Counted from the stretch's first letter, positions 26,600-36,372 are shown. The stretch: DNA of 64,000 nt from a bacterium (GCA_965203325.1 OZ241875.1:2816001-2880000); one strand, 5' to 3'. Numbers and translations are program-made. Notes: generated from the sequence alone by a model not told the origin.

Positions 26600-27468
26600 T
26601 CCACGTTCTGCACTTGTTCGCGGATTTTCTCGATGGCGCTCTTCACCTCGACCGCGCTCTGGGTGAGGGTCAGGTCGATGGATTTGGACGAAATCGTGTT
26701 GGCCTCGCGGTTCATCTCCTGGGTGAGGAAATCGAGTTTACGGCCGATGGGGCCTTCGCTCTCGAGCATCTCGCGAAACTGGACGACGTGGCTGTCGAGA
26801 CGGCTGAGTTCCTCGCTGATATCGCCGCGTTCGGCGGCGTAGATCATCTCCTGCTCGAGCCTCCCCTCGTCCAACTCGACACCGTCGGCGATTTCGAGAA
26901 TCCGCTCGCGTATCCGCTCGGTGAGGAGCCTGCGCGCCTCGGGCAGGCGTTCGCGTATCTCTTCGCACCCCTCTTTCACCGTGGCGAGGTGTTCGCGGAT
27001 GTCTTTGGCGAGCGCATCCCCTTCTTTTGCGCGCATCTCTCCCAGGGCGCCCAGTGCATTGCCGAGCGACTCCATCAGCACGGCCTTCAAGTCGTCCTTG
27101 TCGGGTTCGGGCTCCGCTGTTTTGAGCAGGTCGCGGAAGCCCGTGAGTATCGAAAGGTCGACCTCGCCCGCGATTCCCAGCTCGTCTTTCAGGGATTTCA
27201 GGGTAGAGAGCAGGGATTTCGCGGCTTCTGCGTCGATGGGCGACGCGTGGTTCCCCTCCTCGCCCCAGCGGATATAGATGTCGAAACGCCCGCGGGAGAA
27301 ACGCTTTTTCACCGCATCGCGCACCTCATTCTCAAGAGCCAGCGACCAGCGCGGCCCCCGGCAGGAGACCTCCAGATAGCGGTGGTTCACCGAGCGCGCC
27401 TCCACGTTGACCGAAGCCTCGCCCAGCAGCCTCTCTCCCGCGCCGTAACCCGTCATGCTGTCTATCAT
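26596..27468 (-). CDS. yicC: YicC/YloC family endoribonuclease
   Basis: SMTGYG, RSVNHRYLE, DISEELSRL, GRKLDFLTQEMNREANT, EQVQNVE. Confidence 0.95.
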   Translation of the reverse strand: MIDSMTGYGAGERLLGEASVNVEARSVNHRYLEVSCRGPRWSLALENEVRDAVKKRFSRGRFDIYIRWGEEGNHASPIDAEAAKSLLSTLKSLKDELGIAGEVDLSILTGFRDLLKTAEPEPDKDDLKAVLMESLGNALGALGEMRAKEGDALAKDIREHLATVKEGCEEIRERLPEARRLLTERIRERILEIADGVELDEGRLEQEMIYAAERGDISEELSRLDSHVVQFREMLESEGPIGRKLDFLTQEMNREANTISSKSIDLTLTQSAVEVKSAIEKIREQVQNVE

Positions 27469-27583
27469 GCTCCGCCTCATGAAGAGTCATTAACAGTCCA
27501 CCGGAAAGAGTCTACAATAATTTTCCGCACAGGGCGTGTCAATTTATGCGCTTGGCGAAGATGTTTCCGTTTCGGGGTGATTC

Positions 27584-29356
27584 ATGGACACTTTCGTGCT
27601 TCAGGCGATTGCGGCGGAATTGAGCGGGAATCTTCTCGGCGCGCGCCTGGATAGAATCTCCCAGACCGACGCGCACACGGTCGTCCTTTTTCTCTCGGGC
27701 GCGGGAAGAGAAAAACGCGCCCTCCTGATAAGCACGGAGCCTGCGCACCCCCGCGTTCACCTGACGTCGGACCCGCCCAGGAGCCTGCCCGAGGCGCCCA
27801 CGTTCTGCCGCGCGCTCAGAAAACACTTGAGCGGCCTTCGCCTCACCCGCGCGGCGGCGGGAGAGTGGGAGCGCGTTCTCCAGTTCTCCTTCGAGCGGGG
27901 GGGAGGCTCCGGCAGCGGCGATTCCTTCGCGCTCATGGCGGAGGTGATGGGGCGGTGGAGCAATCTCGTGCTCCTGAGCGGCGCGACGGGAGAGATATTG
28001 GAAGCCAAACGGCTGGTTCCGCCCGGCCCGCACACGCCGCGTCCTCTGGAGAGAGGGGGCCGGTATCAGCTGCCGCCCGAGCAGAAAAAGGCCAATCCCG
28101 CCGACCTCACCAAAGAAGTTCTTCTGGAGATGATTCACGGGGCGAAGCTCGACTCCGCCGACCAGGAGGAGTTCGCGCGGTGGCTGGTACGCTCGGTGGC
28201 GGGCGTGAGCCCGGCCCTGGCGCGTGAGATATCGGGTATTTCCAGACCCGATGAGGAGTGGTCGGGCGCGGTGGATGCGCTGATGGGGGCAATCGAAAAC
28301 TACCGGAAAAAAGAATTCGCACCCGCCTGGATTCTGGACGGGGGTGGAAACCCGGTCGGCCTGAATGCGGCTCAAATTCCCGAGGCGCGCTCGGCCTCAT
28401 ACCGCGCGTTCGGATCCATGAACGAGGCGGCGGATGCGTTTTACGGAAGCCTCGTCAATGACGACCGGCTTGATGAGCAGAAAAAAAGAGTCTCGAAGAT
28501 ACTCCGTCGCGCGGGGGATCGTGTGCGCGCCTCCATCGAGGCGGTGCGGGGGGATCTGGCTTCCGCCGAGGAGGCGGATGCGGTGTTGCGGAAAGGTGAG
28601 CTTCTGCTCGCGCATCTGGACGAGGTGGAGGAGAAGGCGAGTGCCGTTGCCGTTACTGTGGAGGATGTGCCTGTCGAAATCGCGCTCGACCCCAGGCTCA
28701 CGCCTTCTGAGAACGCGCAGAAGTATTTCCGCCGTTACAAGAAGCTCAAGCGCCGCGCCTCGACCGGGCTGGCGCGTCTCCAGGAGATGGAAGAAGAGGA
28801 GAGGTTCATCGCCGCGCTGGCCTTCGACCTGGAAACGGCGGATGAGGTCGGAGACGTCTTGAGTGTGGAAGAAGCGCTGGCGCAGACGGGCTATGCCTGG
28901 CGCGGGCGAGAGAAAAAGGCAAAAGACGCGCGCCCGAAGGGCAGGCAGGCGGCGCGCGCCAGGCCCTACAGGCGGTTCGTATCCCCCGCGGGCTGGGAGG
29001 TGGTCGTCGGCAAGAATGCCATGGGCAACGACGAGATGCTGAGAAGCGTGGGCCGGGCGAGCGATACATGGCTTCACGCGCGCGGGGTTCCGGGCAGCCA
29101 CGTGCTCTTGCGCCGCACGGATGGGGAGCCTGCAGCGCCGGATTCGGAAATGCTCGCCCAGGCGGCGGCGTTCGCGGCCTATTTCAGCCGGGGCCGGACG
29201 GACTCCAAGCTCCCGGTCGCCCATCTCCCGTTTTCGCGCCTGAGAAAACCCAAGGGGCGGCGTCCCGGGCAGGTCCTGCTCGGCGCGCACGAGACGATAC
29301 TCGTCGACCCGGATATGGGGCGTCGCCTGTGCGAGGAATGGGAGGAGGTCGGCTGA
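27584..29356 (+). CDS. rqcH: Ribosome quality control RqcH / NFACT (FbpA) family protein
   Basis: FCRALRKHL, EVMGRWSN, ENAQKYFRRYKK, VGKNAMGND, WLHARGVPGSHV, AAYFS. Confidence 0.9.
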   Translation: MDTFVLQAIAAELSGNLLGARLDRISQTDAHTVVLFLSGAGREKRALLISTEPAHPRVHLTSDPPRSLPEAPTFCRALRKHLSGLRLTRAAAGEWERVLQFSFERGGGSGSGDSFALMAEVMGRWSNLVLLSGATGEILEAKRLVPPGPHTPRPLERGGRYQLPPEQKKANPADLTKEVLLEMIHGAKLDSADQEEFARWLVRSVAGVSPALAREISGISRPDEEWSGAVDALMGAIENYRKKEFAPAWILDGGGNPVGLNAAQIPEARSASYRAFGSMNEAADAFYGSLVNDDRLDEQKKRVSKILRRAGDRVRASIEAVRGDLASAEEADAVLRKGELLLAHLDEVEEKASAVAVTVEDVPVEIALDPRLTPSENAQKYFRRYKKLKRRASTGLARLQEMEEEERFIAALAFDLETADEVGDVLSVEEALAQTGYAWRGREKKAKDARPKGRQAARARPYRRFVSPAGWEVVVGKNAMGNDEMLRSVGRASDTWLHARGVPGSHVLLRRTDGEPAAPDSEMLAQAAAFAAYFSRGRTDSKLPVAHLPFSRLRKPKGRRPGQVLLGAHETILVDPDMGRRLCEEWEEVG

Positions 29357-29384
29357 GGAAGGTTATCGAATGTTTTTCTGGCCT

Positions 29385-29412
29385 GTAGGGGCGGTTCGCG
29401 AACCGCCCCTGC
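29385..29412. repeat. GTAG-type REP palindrome
   Basis: GTAGGGGCGGTTCGCGAACCGCCCCTGC just after the rqcH stop. Confidence 0.65.
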
Positions 29413-29586
29413 GACTATTTGAACCATCCGTTTTGGCGCATAGGTTCCGTTTACATATTGGTGCAGATACAACCCGGCTACAAAGAGGAGCAGAGTTGCG
29501 CATCTGACTCCTGGTCGATAGATTTACTTCTCACTACAGGTTCTGTTATTATACGTATGGTAAAGTTGCCTGTGGGGAGGAGCCAG

Positions 29587-29778
29587 ATGGACAATGAAGC
29601 CAGGCAGGCGTTCAAAAAGATTCATGATCGGTTCGATAGCTTGGAATCGAAAATGGATGAAGGGTTTGAAGAAGTGAAGAACATGATGGATCACGGGTTT
29701 AGCCAGTTACTCCCGGAAGAACAATGGCCCCCGAACGAACACGATCTCCAAAGGGCAGAAATTAGAAGGAAGCTATAA
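29587..29778 (+). CDS. Small hypothetical coiled-coil protein (63 aa)
   Basis: GGGGAGG RBS before ATG; DRFDSLESKMDEGFEEVK heptad pattern. Confidence 0.55.
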   Translation: MDNEARQAFKKIHDRFDSLESKMDEGFEEVKNMMDHGFSQLLPEEQWPPNEHDLQRAEIRRKL

Positions 29779-29835
29779 CGCCAAGAATTCTCAGTTTCTA
29801 CGAGGCTTCTCCCAAGGAACTGTAATCTCAACAGC

Positions 29836-30255
29836 CTACTCCCCTTCCAGAATCCGCTTCAGATTCGCCAGTTCGCGTATGTTCCGGAGCGTGCCGTCGC
29901 GGTGTTTGGCCTGGTTCTCGTATTCATCGCACTCCACCGTGTGGAGCACGTGCGTGTAGGGGCCTTCTTCCTCGAAGTAGTAGCTGATGATCATGACGGG
30001 CGTTTTCGAGTCGCCCTCGAAGTTGTGCCAGACAATCTTTTTATACGGCTCCCATACCATCATCTCTGAAACATGCTCGGCCCCACTCGTGTAGACCTGG
30101 TGGAATCGGGTGCCCACCCCTGTTTTCTTCCCGGAAATGATTTTCACGCTCTGGCTGAAATCCGCGATTTGCGGATGCGTTTCCACGTGGCCGATGAAGT
30201 TAAACACCTCTTGGGCCTGTGCGCGTATTTTTTCGATGACAGCCACGGGAGGCAT
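29836..30255 (-). CDS. SRPBCC/START-like (polyketide cyclase) family protein
   Basis: IRAQAQEVFNFI, GVGTRF, WEPYKKIVW, C-terminal ELANLKRILE helix. Confidence 0.75.
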   Translation of the reverse strand: MPPVAVIEKIRAQAQEVFNFIGHVETHPQIADFSQSVKIISGKKTGVGTRFHQVYTSGAEHVSEMMVWEPYKKIVWHNFEGDSKTPVMIISYYFEEEGPYTHVLHTVECDEYENQAKHRDGTLRNIRELANLKRILEGE

Positions 30256-30267
30256 GAGCGTTCTCCT

Positions 30268-31431
30268 TTATAGAAATTTCGCCAGGACCTGATTGGCCAG
30301 AAGGGTTCCCTTATCCGATAGACGAAGCCGGCCGTTCTCCCTCGCTATGAGACCTGCGTTTTCCAGTTCGCAGAACAGTTCCCCGAAAGACTCTTCGGGG
30401 TCTGCACCGCATTCGCGCTCAATGTGCGCGAGTGAGACGCCCTCTTTCACCCGCAGGCCGAGCATCAGGGTCTCACCGATTGCTTTTTGCGGCTCATCCA
30501 CGCGCTCGGAGTTCGCGGTGGGGTCGCTTGCGCTGCGCGCATATATGTCGGGTCTGGCATGGTTCCAGAAGCGTTCCCCCTCGATGAGGGAATGCGCACC
30601 TGCGCCCAGTCCCAGGTAATCCCCCCGCCGCCAGTAGTTCAGGTTGTGCCTGCACGCGAAACCGGGCCTTGCGAAATTGCTGATCTCGTAACGCTCGTAG
30701 CCGGCCTCGGCGAGAGCCGCATCCCTGAGCTCCCACATGCGAAGCGCCGTCTCCTCATCGGGCAGGCCGTTCAACTCCCCTCGCCCTTGCCGTGCATGAA
30801 ACGCCGTGCCCGGCTCGATGGTCAGCTCATACGCGGAGAGATGCTCCGGCCCCAAATCGAGGGCGCGCTCGATGTCGCGCTCGGCCATGTCTATCGTCTG
30901 ATACGGAATACCGAACATGAGGTCGAGCGAGACGTTGGCGAAGCCCGCCTCGCGCGCGGAGCGAAACGCTTCTTGTGCGTCATCGCCCGTGTGCACCCGG
31001 TCGAGCCTTTTCAGCGCCGCATCGTCGAACGTCTGCACGCCGATGCTGATGCGGTTGACGCCCGCCTCTCTCAGCGCGCCGAAGCGCTCGGCCTCCGCCG
31101 CGCCGGGGTTCGCCTCCAAGGTGATCTCGCAATCTGAATCTAAATCGAACGTCGCGGTAACGAGGTCCAGAATCCGCCTTGTTTCTTCCGCCGGGAACAG
31201 CGAGGGCGTTCCCCCGCCGAAAAATATCGTGCCGACCTCCCGGCCCTCCAAAGAGAACTGCTCGACGCGGCTTTTGATTTCCTCGGTCAGCGCGTCCGCA
31301 TAGCGGCGCGCCCAGTCCTCGGGTGCATGGCCTTTTTCCAGGAGCGTGTCCAGGGCGTAGGAGTTGAAATCGCAATAGCCGCACTTGGCGATGCAGAAGG
31401 GAATATGGACGTAGAGCGATAGCGGTTTCAT
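30268..31431 (-). CDS. hemW: Radical SAM heme chaperone (HemN-like)
   Basis: LYVHIPFC, CIAKCGYCDF, FFGGGTPS, YEISNFA, HNLNYW. Confidence 0.93.
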   Translation of the reverse strand: MKPLSLYVHIPFCIAKCGYCDFNSYALDTLLEKGHAPEDWARRYADALTEEIKSRVEQFSLEGREVGTIFFGGGTPSLFPAEETRRILDLVTATFDLDSDCEITLEANPGAAEAERFGALREAGVNRISIGVQTFDDAALKRLDRVHTGDDAQEAFRSAREAGFANVSLDLMFGIPYQTIDMAERDIERALDLGPEHLSAYELTIEPGTAFHARQGRGELNGLPDEETALRMWELRDAALAEAGYERYEISNFARPGFACRHNLNYWRRGDYLGLGAGAHSLIEGERFWNHARPDIYARSASDPTANSERVDEPQKAIGETLMLGLRVKEGVSLAHIERECGADPEESFGELFCELENAGLIARENGRLRLSDKGTLLANQVLAKFL

Positions 31432-31525
31432 GGCGCGGTATTTTCCCGGTAAATTATAAGCCCCAAATTCTTTGTTGATATGATACCCTTCCTTTCCATC
31501 ATTTGGGAGATCAGGAGGAACAGGG

Positions 31526-33088
31526 GTGGTCGTTCACACGCTGTCCACCGAAGAGAGGCTGCGCGTCATCCAGCGGGTGGGGCACGTGCTCAACTCGAGC
31601 CTGGACATGGAAGTCGTCTTAAGCCGCGTGGCGCACGAGGCGAAGGCGATATTCCCGCTGGATCATTTCGTCCTCTATCTCGTGAACCCCGACAAGAAGA
31701 CCTACACCATGCGGGCGCTCGTATCGAGCGACGAAATACTCGAAGCCCCCCATGAGGACATCCCGCTCGAAGGCGGCACGCTGGGCTGGCTCATCGAGCA
31801 CCGCGAAGCGCCGTATGTGATTTACAAGGATTTGGACTTGGAGCGCCCCTTCGCGGAGGATGAAGATGTTTTCCGGCGCGGGATGAGAAGCGGGATCCGC
31901 GCGCCGCTCGTCATCGGCGATGACGTTTTCGGCGAGGTCGCCGTGGCCAGCACCATGCCCGATCAGTTCACCGAGGAGATGGCGGAGTTTCTCTGCGAAC
32001 TCACGCCGGCCATCGCCACGGCGGTGGCGAACGCGCGGACATACGCCGAACTCGAAGGCATCAAGGACGGCTTTCACCAGGAGACGCTTCATCTGCGGGA
32101 TCAGATCAAGGAGATTCACAACCCGGACGAACTCACCGGTTCGAGTCCGGCGGTGGAGGACATCCGGGAACTGATCGCCCGCGTGGCGCCCACCGAAGCC
32201 ACGGTGCTCGTCCTGGGCGAGACGGGAACGGGCAAAGAGCTGGTCGCGCGCGGCATCCACCACCTGAGCGATCGCAGAGACCGCGTGCTGGTGAAGGTGA
32301 ACTGCGCGGCGCTGCAGGAGACGCTTTTGCTGAGCGAATTGTTCGGCCACGAAAAGGGCGCGTTCACTGGCGCGGTGGGCAGAAAACCGGGCCGATTCGA
32401 GATCGCGGACAGGGGCACGATTTTTCTCGACGAGATCGGGGAGATATCTCCCGAGGCGCAGGTGAAGATTCTGAGAGTCATGCAGGAGAGGGAATTCGAG
32501 AGAGTCGGCGGCACCGAGACGATCCGGGTGGACGTGCGGATCATCGCCGCCACGAACCGGAATCTGGAGGAAGAGGTTCGCCTGGGCCGGTTCCGCGACG
32601 ATCTCTACTTCCGCCTGAACGTCATCCCCATCGAAACGCCTCCGCTCAGGGAGCGCAAGGAGGACATTCCGGAACTGGTCGATTATTTTGTAAGTAAGCA
32701 TGGCCCCCGCATGAACCGGCGCATCGAATCCGTGGACCCCCGGGCGCTGGATCGGCTCATGCGGTACGACTGGCCCGGCAACATCCGTGAACTCGAGAAC
32801 GTGGTGGAGCGCGGGCTCGTCCTGGGGCGCGGTCGGGTTCTCCGGTTCGACAGGCAGCTTCTGGGCGAGGCGCCACCCTCAGCGAGAGAGAGCGAGTTCA
32901 CCTCGCTCGAGGAATACGAAAGACGCTATATCCTGCGGGTGCTCGAGCATGCGGGAGGCCGCGTATCCGGAGAGCGGGGCGCCGCCCGCATTCTGGGGAT
33001 GAAGCCCACGACGCTTCAGAGCCGGATGAAGAAGCTGGGCATCGAGCCCCGCCGCGAGTTCAGGAGAGTGAACGGCAAGGGGAAATGA
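31526..33088 (+). CDS. GAF-domain sigma54-dependent transcriptional activator (FhlA/NifA type)
   Basis: N-terminal GAF, GETGTGKE, ELFGHEKGAFTGA, FLDEIGE, WPGNIRELEN, C-terminal HTH GAARILGMKPTTLQSRMKKLGI. Confidence 0.93.
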   Translation: MVVHTLSTEERLRVIQRVGHVLNSSLDMEVVLSRVAHEAKAIFPLDHFVLYLVNPDKKTYTMRALVSSDEILEAPHEDIPLEGGTLGWLIEHREAPYVIYKDLDLERPFAEDEDVFRRGMRSGIRAPLVIGDDVFGEVAVASTMPDQFTEEMAEFLCELTPAIATAVANARTYAELEGIKDGFHQETLHLRDQIKEIHNPDELTGSSPAVEDIRELIARVAPTEATVLVLGETGTGKELVARGIHHLSDRRDRVLVKVNCAALQETLLLSELFGHEKGAFTGAVGRKPGRFEIADRGTIFLDEIGEISPEAQVKILRVMQEREFERVGGTETIRVDVRIIAATNRNLEEEVRLGRFRDDLYFRLNVIPIETPPLRERKEDIPELVDYFVSKHGPRMNRRIESVDPRALDRLMRYDWPGNIRELENVVERGLVLGRGRVLRFDRQLLGEAPPSARESEFTSLEEYERRYILRVLEHAGGRVSGERGAARILGMKPTTLQSRMKKLGIEPRREFRRVNGKGK

Positions 33089-33125
33089 ATCATTGCTCAA
33101 GATATGAGGCGCAAGGAGAAATTTG

Positions 33126-33857
33126 ATGGACAGAGCAATCTGGGCGACTTGGTACGACCTGCCCGAGGCGGGGGCGAACGAGTACATCGCATGGCTGCAT
33201 GAGGTGCATCTGCCCGAGATGCTGGAGCGCACGGGCTACCTTTGGGCGGCGCACGTGGACAACGACAAGAGCGAGGAGCGAAAAGAGAACGTGAACAGGC
33301 GCCTCACGCACACCGACGACCCTTCCGTGCCGACCGGCAACGGGTATCTGATGCTCTTCGGGGCCGAGAGCGTCCACACGTTTCTGAATCCCTCTCCTGC
33401 GCAACTGGCCGAGAAGTGGGGGCCCGATGAGCGCGAGATGCTGGGGATGCGCATCGGATGCCGCGAATGCGTATTTGTGGAGACGGGGCGGATCGACGGC
33501 CCCGAGATTGCGCAGCGCGCGCCGGGCATCACGCCGGGCCCGAGAATCCAGATGGGGAGTTTCAACATCAACGCGCTCGTGAACGAAGAGGGCATGGGCG
33601 CGTGGTACGTCCAGCTTCGCTTTCCCCGGATGCAGACCCTGGAGGGCTGCGTGGGAATGCGCAAGCTGGTTTCGGTATACGGCTGGGCCAAGCACGCCGT
33701 GCTCTATGAGTTCGACCTGAACACTTCCGTCGAGCATTATTTCCAGAAAGAACTCGAGAGCGAGGAATGGTCGCGCGAAATGGTGGGCAGCCTCGTGCAT
33801 GTGCCCGGTTCGCCCAGCACGGGGCGGCGCATCTGGCCGCCTGTGGCGGATTCCTGA
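33126..33857 (+). CDS. Hypothetical protein with two EthD/DUF4286-like dimeric alpha/beta-barrel repeats
   Basis: EYIAWLHEVHLPEML and GMGAWYVQLRFPRMQTLEG internal repeat; AAGGAG RBS. Confidence 0.6.
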   Translation: MDRAIWATWYDLPEAGANEYIAWLHEVHLPEMLERTGYLWAAHVDNDKSEERKENVNRRLTHTDDPSVPTGNGYLMLFGAESVHTFLNPSPAQLAEKWGPDEREMLGMRIGCRECVFVETGRIDGPEIAQRAPGITPGPRIQMGSFNINALVNEEGMGAWYVQLRFPRMQTLEGCVGMRKLVSVYGWAKHAVLYEFDLNTSVEHYFQKELESEEWSREMVGSLVHVPGSPSTGRRIWPPVADS

Positions 33858-33869
33858 AGCCTTACAATG

Positions 33870-33908
33870 AAACCGCCGGAGCCTCGTGCGAGACCCCGGC
33901 GGTTTTTT
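33870..33908 (+). terminator. Rho-independent terminator
   Basis: AAACCGCCGG...CCGGCGGTTTTTT hairpin plus T tract. Confidence 0.7.
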
Positions 33909-34082
33909 CTATGAAACTTACTTCTTCTTCACGCCGATGCCGGCGAAAATCTTCCCGAAGCGTTCGTACCCACGGCGATATATTTTCTCTTTATGGGAAA
34001 TAATGTATCTTCATTGCTCGTTTCGCGCAATCAAGATGAGGAGGTCGGCTCCTTTTCGGGGTGCGCCAATGAGGAGAGGGAT

Positions 34083-34523
34083 ATGTTCGAGACCACGCGC
34101 GGCGGCGTGGACGTGGGACTTTCCACGAGGAACATCGCCGCGATGAAGAAGTTCTACACCGAGGTGCTCGGCCTGGAAGAAGCGGCGGTTATCGAGGTGC
34201 CGGGCGATTTCGTGCGCGCGGCGGGTTTCGCCAAAGGCGGCGTGAAGCTCCACGCCCTGAAATCGGGTGAGGTGCTCATCAAGCTGCTCGAATTCCCCGA
34301 AAGCCCCGCTGCCTCGGGAGATGCGCTGGCGGATTCAGCCGTCGGGTTCCGCTACCTCACCTTCTGGGTGAAGGACATGGAGGCGGCCGTGGCGCACCTG
34401 CGCGATGCAGGCGTGGAACTGCTCTCCGGCATATTGTCCCGCGTGCCCGAGAGAAAGACGATTTTTTTCAAGGACCCCGACGGCAATCTGCTCGAACTCA
34501 ACTGGGTGGACCCGGCGGTTTGA
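34083..34523 (+). CDS. VOC family protein
   Basis: KFYTEVLGL, LTFWVKD, FFKDPDGNLLEL; start moved to ATG 34083 (GGAGAGGG RBS). Confidence 0.85.
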   Translation: MFETTRGGVDVGLSTRNIAAMKKFYTEVLGLEEAAVIEVPGDFVRAAGFAKGGVKLHALKSGEVLIKLLEFPESPAASGDALADSAVGFRYLTFWVKDMEAAVAHLRDAGVELLSGILSRVPERKTIFFKDPDGNLLELNWVDPAV

Positions 34524-34574
34524 GATAAAACGGATGCACAGGCTTTTTCAATCCATACCCAACAGGAGAAAGAA

Positions 34575-34958
34575 ATGAAGCTGACGTACGATCACATTCA
34601 TTGCGTTCACACCGACGTGGACGAGGCGGTAGGTTTTTATGTGAACGTTTTCGGGGCGACCGAGACCAACCGCATCGACAGGGGCGGCGCACCGCAGGTC
34701 TATCTCGACGTGCACGGGGCGAGCGTCATCATTCGCGGCAAGCGCGACGGCGAGGAACTGGCGGCGGGGCCGGGCGGCTGGCCCCGCTACAGCATCGATC
34801 ACTACGCGTTCTGCGTGGAAGGCAAACTCGCCGATGCGGTCGCCGAGGTCCGCGCGAACGGCGGAAACGTCATCGCCGAAGGCGAGGCGGATGAGCTCTG
34901 GTTCGCCTACGTCGAAGGCCCCGACGGCGTCGTCGTCGAACTGATGGAGATGAAGTAG
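34575..34958 (+). CDS. VOC family protein
   Basis: DHIH, FYVNVFGA, DHYAF, YVEGPDGVVVELME. Confidence 0.85.
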   Translation: MKLTYDHIHCVHTDVDEAVGFYVNVFGATETNRIDRGGAPQVYLDVHGASVIIRGKRDGEELAAGPGGWPRYSIDHYAFCVEGKLADAVAEVRANGGNVIAEGEADELWFAYVEGPDGVVVELMEMK

Positions 34959-34998
34959 AAGACCGACACTGTGGCCGAGAGCGAGCGGGGGAGCAGGC

Positions 34999-35658
34999 AT
35001 GTTTCAGAGAATCTTTTTCGCAGCTGTCGTCTCGGGCGTGATCGCGGGGCTTTTCGCCACCGCCGTCCAATCGACTCAAGTCATCCCCCTGATATACGAA
35101 GCCGAAAAATACGAGCGGCGAGAACCTGTCCCCATCCCGCAAACCCATGAGGATCACCCGGAAGAGGGAGGGGATTTCTCGCGCCTCGCGCTCACCCTGG
35201 TCTCGAACGTCGTCTCGGGCGTCGGCTTCGCGCTTTTGCTCGTCGGTTGTTTCGCCCTTCACGGGGAGGTGGACTGGCGGCGGGGGATCCTCTGGGGGGT
35301 GGGCGGCTTCATCGTCTTCTCTCTCTCGCCCGCCATCGGATTGCCGCCCGAACTCCCAGGCGTCGAAGCGGCCCCTTTACCGCACAGGCAACTCTGGTGG
35401 ATTCTCACAGTCGTGTGTACAGCGGCGGGCCTGATGCTGCTGGTCTTCAAGCCGGGAGCGTTCTTCAAGGCGCTGGGGGTCGGCCTCATCGTCTTGCCGC
35501 ACGTCATCGGCGCCCCCCATCCTGAAGCGGGCGGCGGCTTGGTTCCCCGGGCGCTTCTCGAGAGGTTCATCCTCACGGCGCTCATGGCCTCGGCCGCCTT
35601 CTGGGTCGTCCTGGGCCTTTGCGCGGGCTATTTCTTCAACCGCTTGAAGGGAGAATAA
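34999..35658 (+). CDS. cbtA: Putative cobalt transporter subunit CbtA
   Basis: PLIYEAEKYE, PAIGLPPELPG, RQLWW, PHVIGAPHP. Confidence 0.88.
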   Translation: MFQRIFFAAVVSGVIAGLFATAVQSTQVIPLIYEAEKYERREPVPIPQTHEDHPEEGGDFSRLALTLVSNVVSGVGFALLLVGCFALHGEVDWRRGILWGVGGFIVFSLSPAIGLPPELPGVEAAPLPHRQLWWILTVVCTAAGLMLLVFKPGAFFKALGVGLIVLPHVIGAPHPEAGGGLVPRALLERFILTALMASAAFWVVLGLCAGYFFNRLKGE

Positions 35659-35774
35659 TTCGTTCCGAATGTCGGAGTAGCCGAGGAATTCGGCTCCCGC
35701 CGCGGATTCCTCGCCGAACGCCGAGACGCTCGCCGAGGAATCTTCGGAGAAGTCGCGACCGAAGCCGGGGCGTT

Positions 35775-36095
35775 TTAGGGAGGGGGTGCCTGGTTTTGTT
35801 TTTCGATGAGATGTCTGATGCCGGCGGAGGCCTCACGAATGCCGGCGGAGGCCTCACGAATGCCGGCGGACGCCTCGCGAATGCCGGCGCCGATGTCCGC
35901 GAACATTTCGCCTTGTTGCCTGATCATTTCCTCCAGATTATCGAGGTGGCGGTTTCTTTCCTTCGACGCCTCCTGCATCTGTATCAATCCGGCCCGAATG
36001 AAATAGCACTGCGCAAAGGCGGCGCACACGATGGCCAGAGGCGTCAGGAATACGCCCAGCACTTCGAGGATGGTGACGTCGTTGGGGACGCCCAT
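35775..36095 (-). CDS. Hypothetical single-TM coiled-coil protein with AGIREAS repeats
   Basis: One hydrophobic helix then heptad repeats; start at ATG 36095. Confidence 0.55.
   Translation of the reverse strand: MGVPNDVTILEVLGVFLTPLAIVCAAFAQCYFIRAGLIQMQEASKERNRHLDNLEEMIRQQGEMFADIGAGIREASAGIREASAGIREASAGIRHLIEKQNQAPPP
35818..35889. repeat. 21-bp tandem repeat, about 3.4 copies
   Basis: ATGCCGGCGGAGGCCTCACGA at 35818 and 35839, variant at 35860, partial at 35881. Confidence 0.9.
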
Positions 36096-36372
36096 GGTTT
36101 CTCGATCCTTTCCCCTCGTGTGAATGACGGCGTCTGAATTGTAGGAGAAGCGCGAAGCGGCGGCAACCCCTTGGTCGCTTCGGCCCGGTCGTCTTCGCCA
36201 TTCACTGCCGCCGTCTTTCTCGTTTTCTCCGGCGAAAGACCCCGGCAGGGATGACGACAAATCGTATAATTACGATATATCGAATAATTCTTGCCTCTTT
36301 ATTAACATCTCCTTTCAGCATCCGCTTTCCTAACCCCTTGTAAATTTGATGGTTCGTTAGGTTTTCATATTA

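Noticed and set aside
29836..30255. SRPBCC protein as a cyclase for the PKS
   Set aside because: About 10 kb away and cotranscribed with hemW; no link.
33917..34010. Minus-strand fragment ...YRRGYERFGKIFAGIGVKKK-stop, like a gene 3' end facing the terminator
   Set aside because: In-frame stop about 30 codons upstream and no start; may be a remnant but cannot be identified.
35818..35889. Possible CRISPR array
   Set aside because: Repeats are contiguous with no spacers and are in-frame coding; no cas genes in the window.
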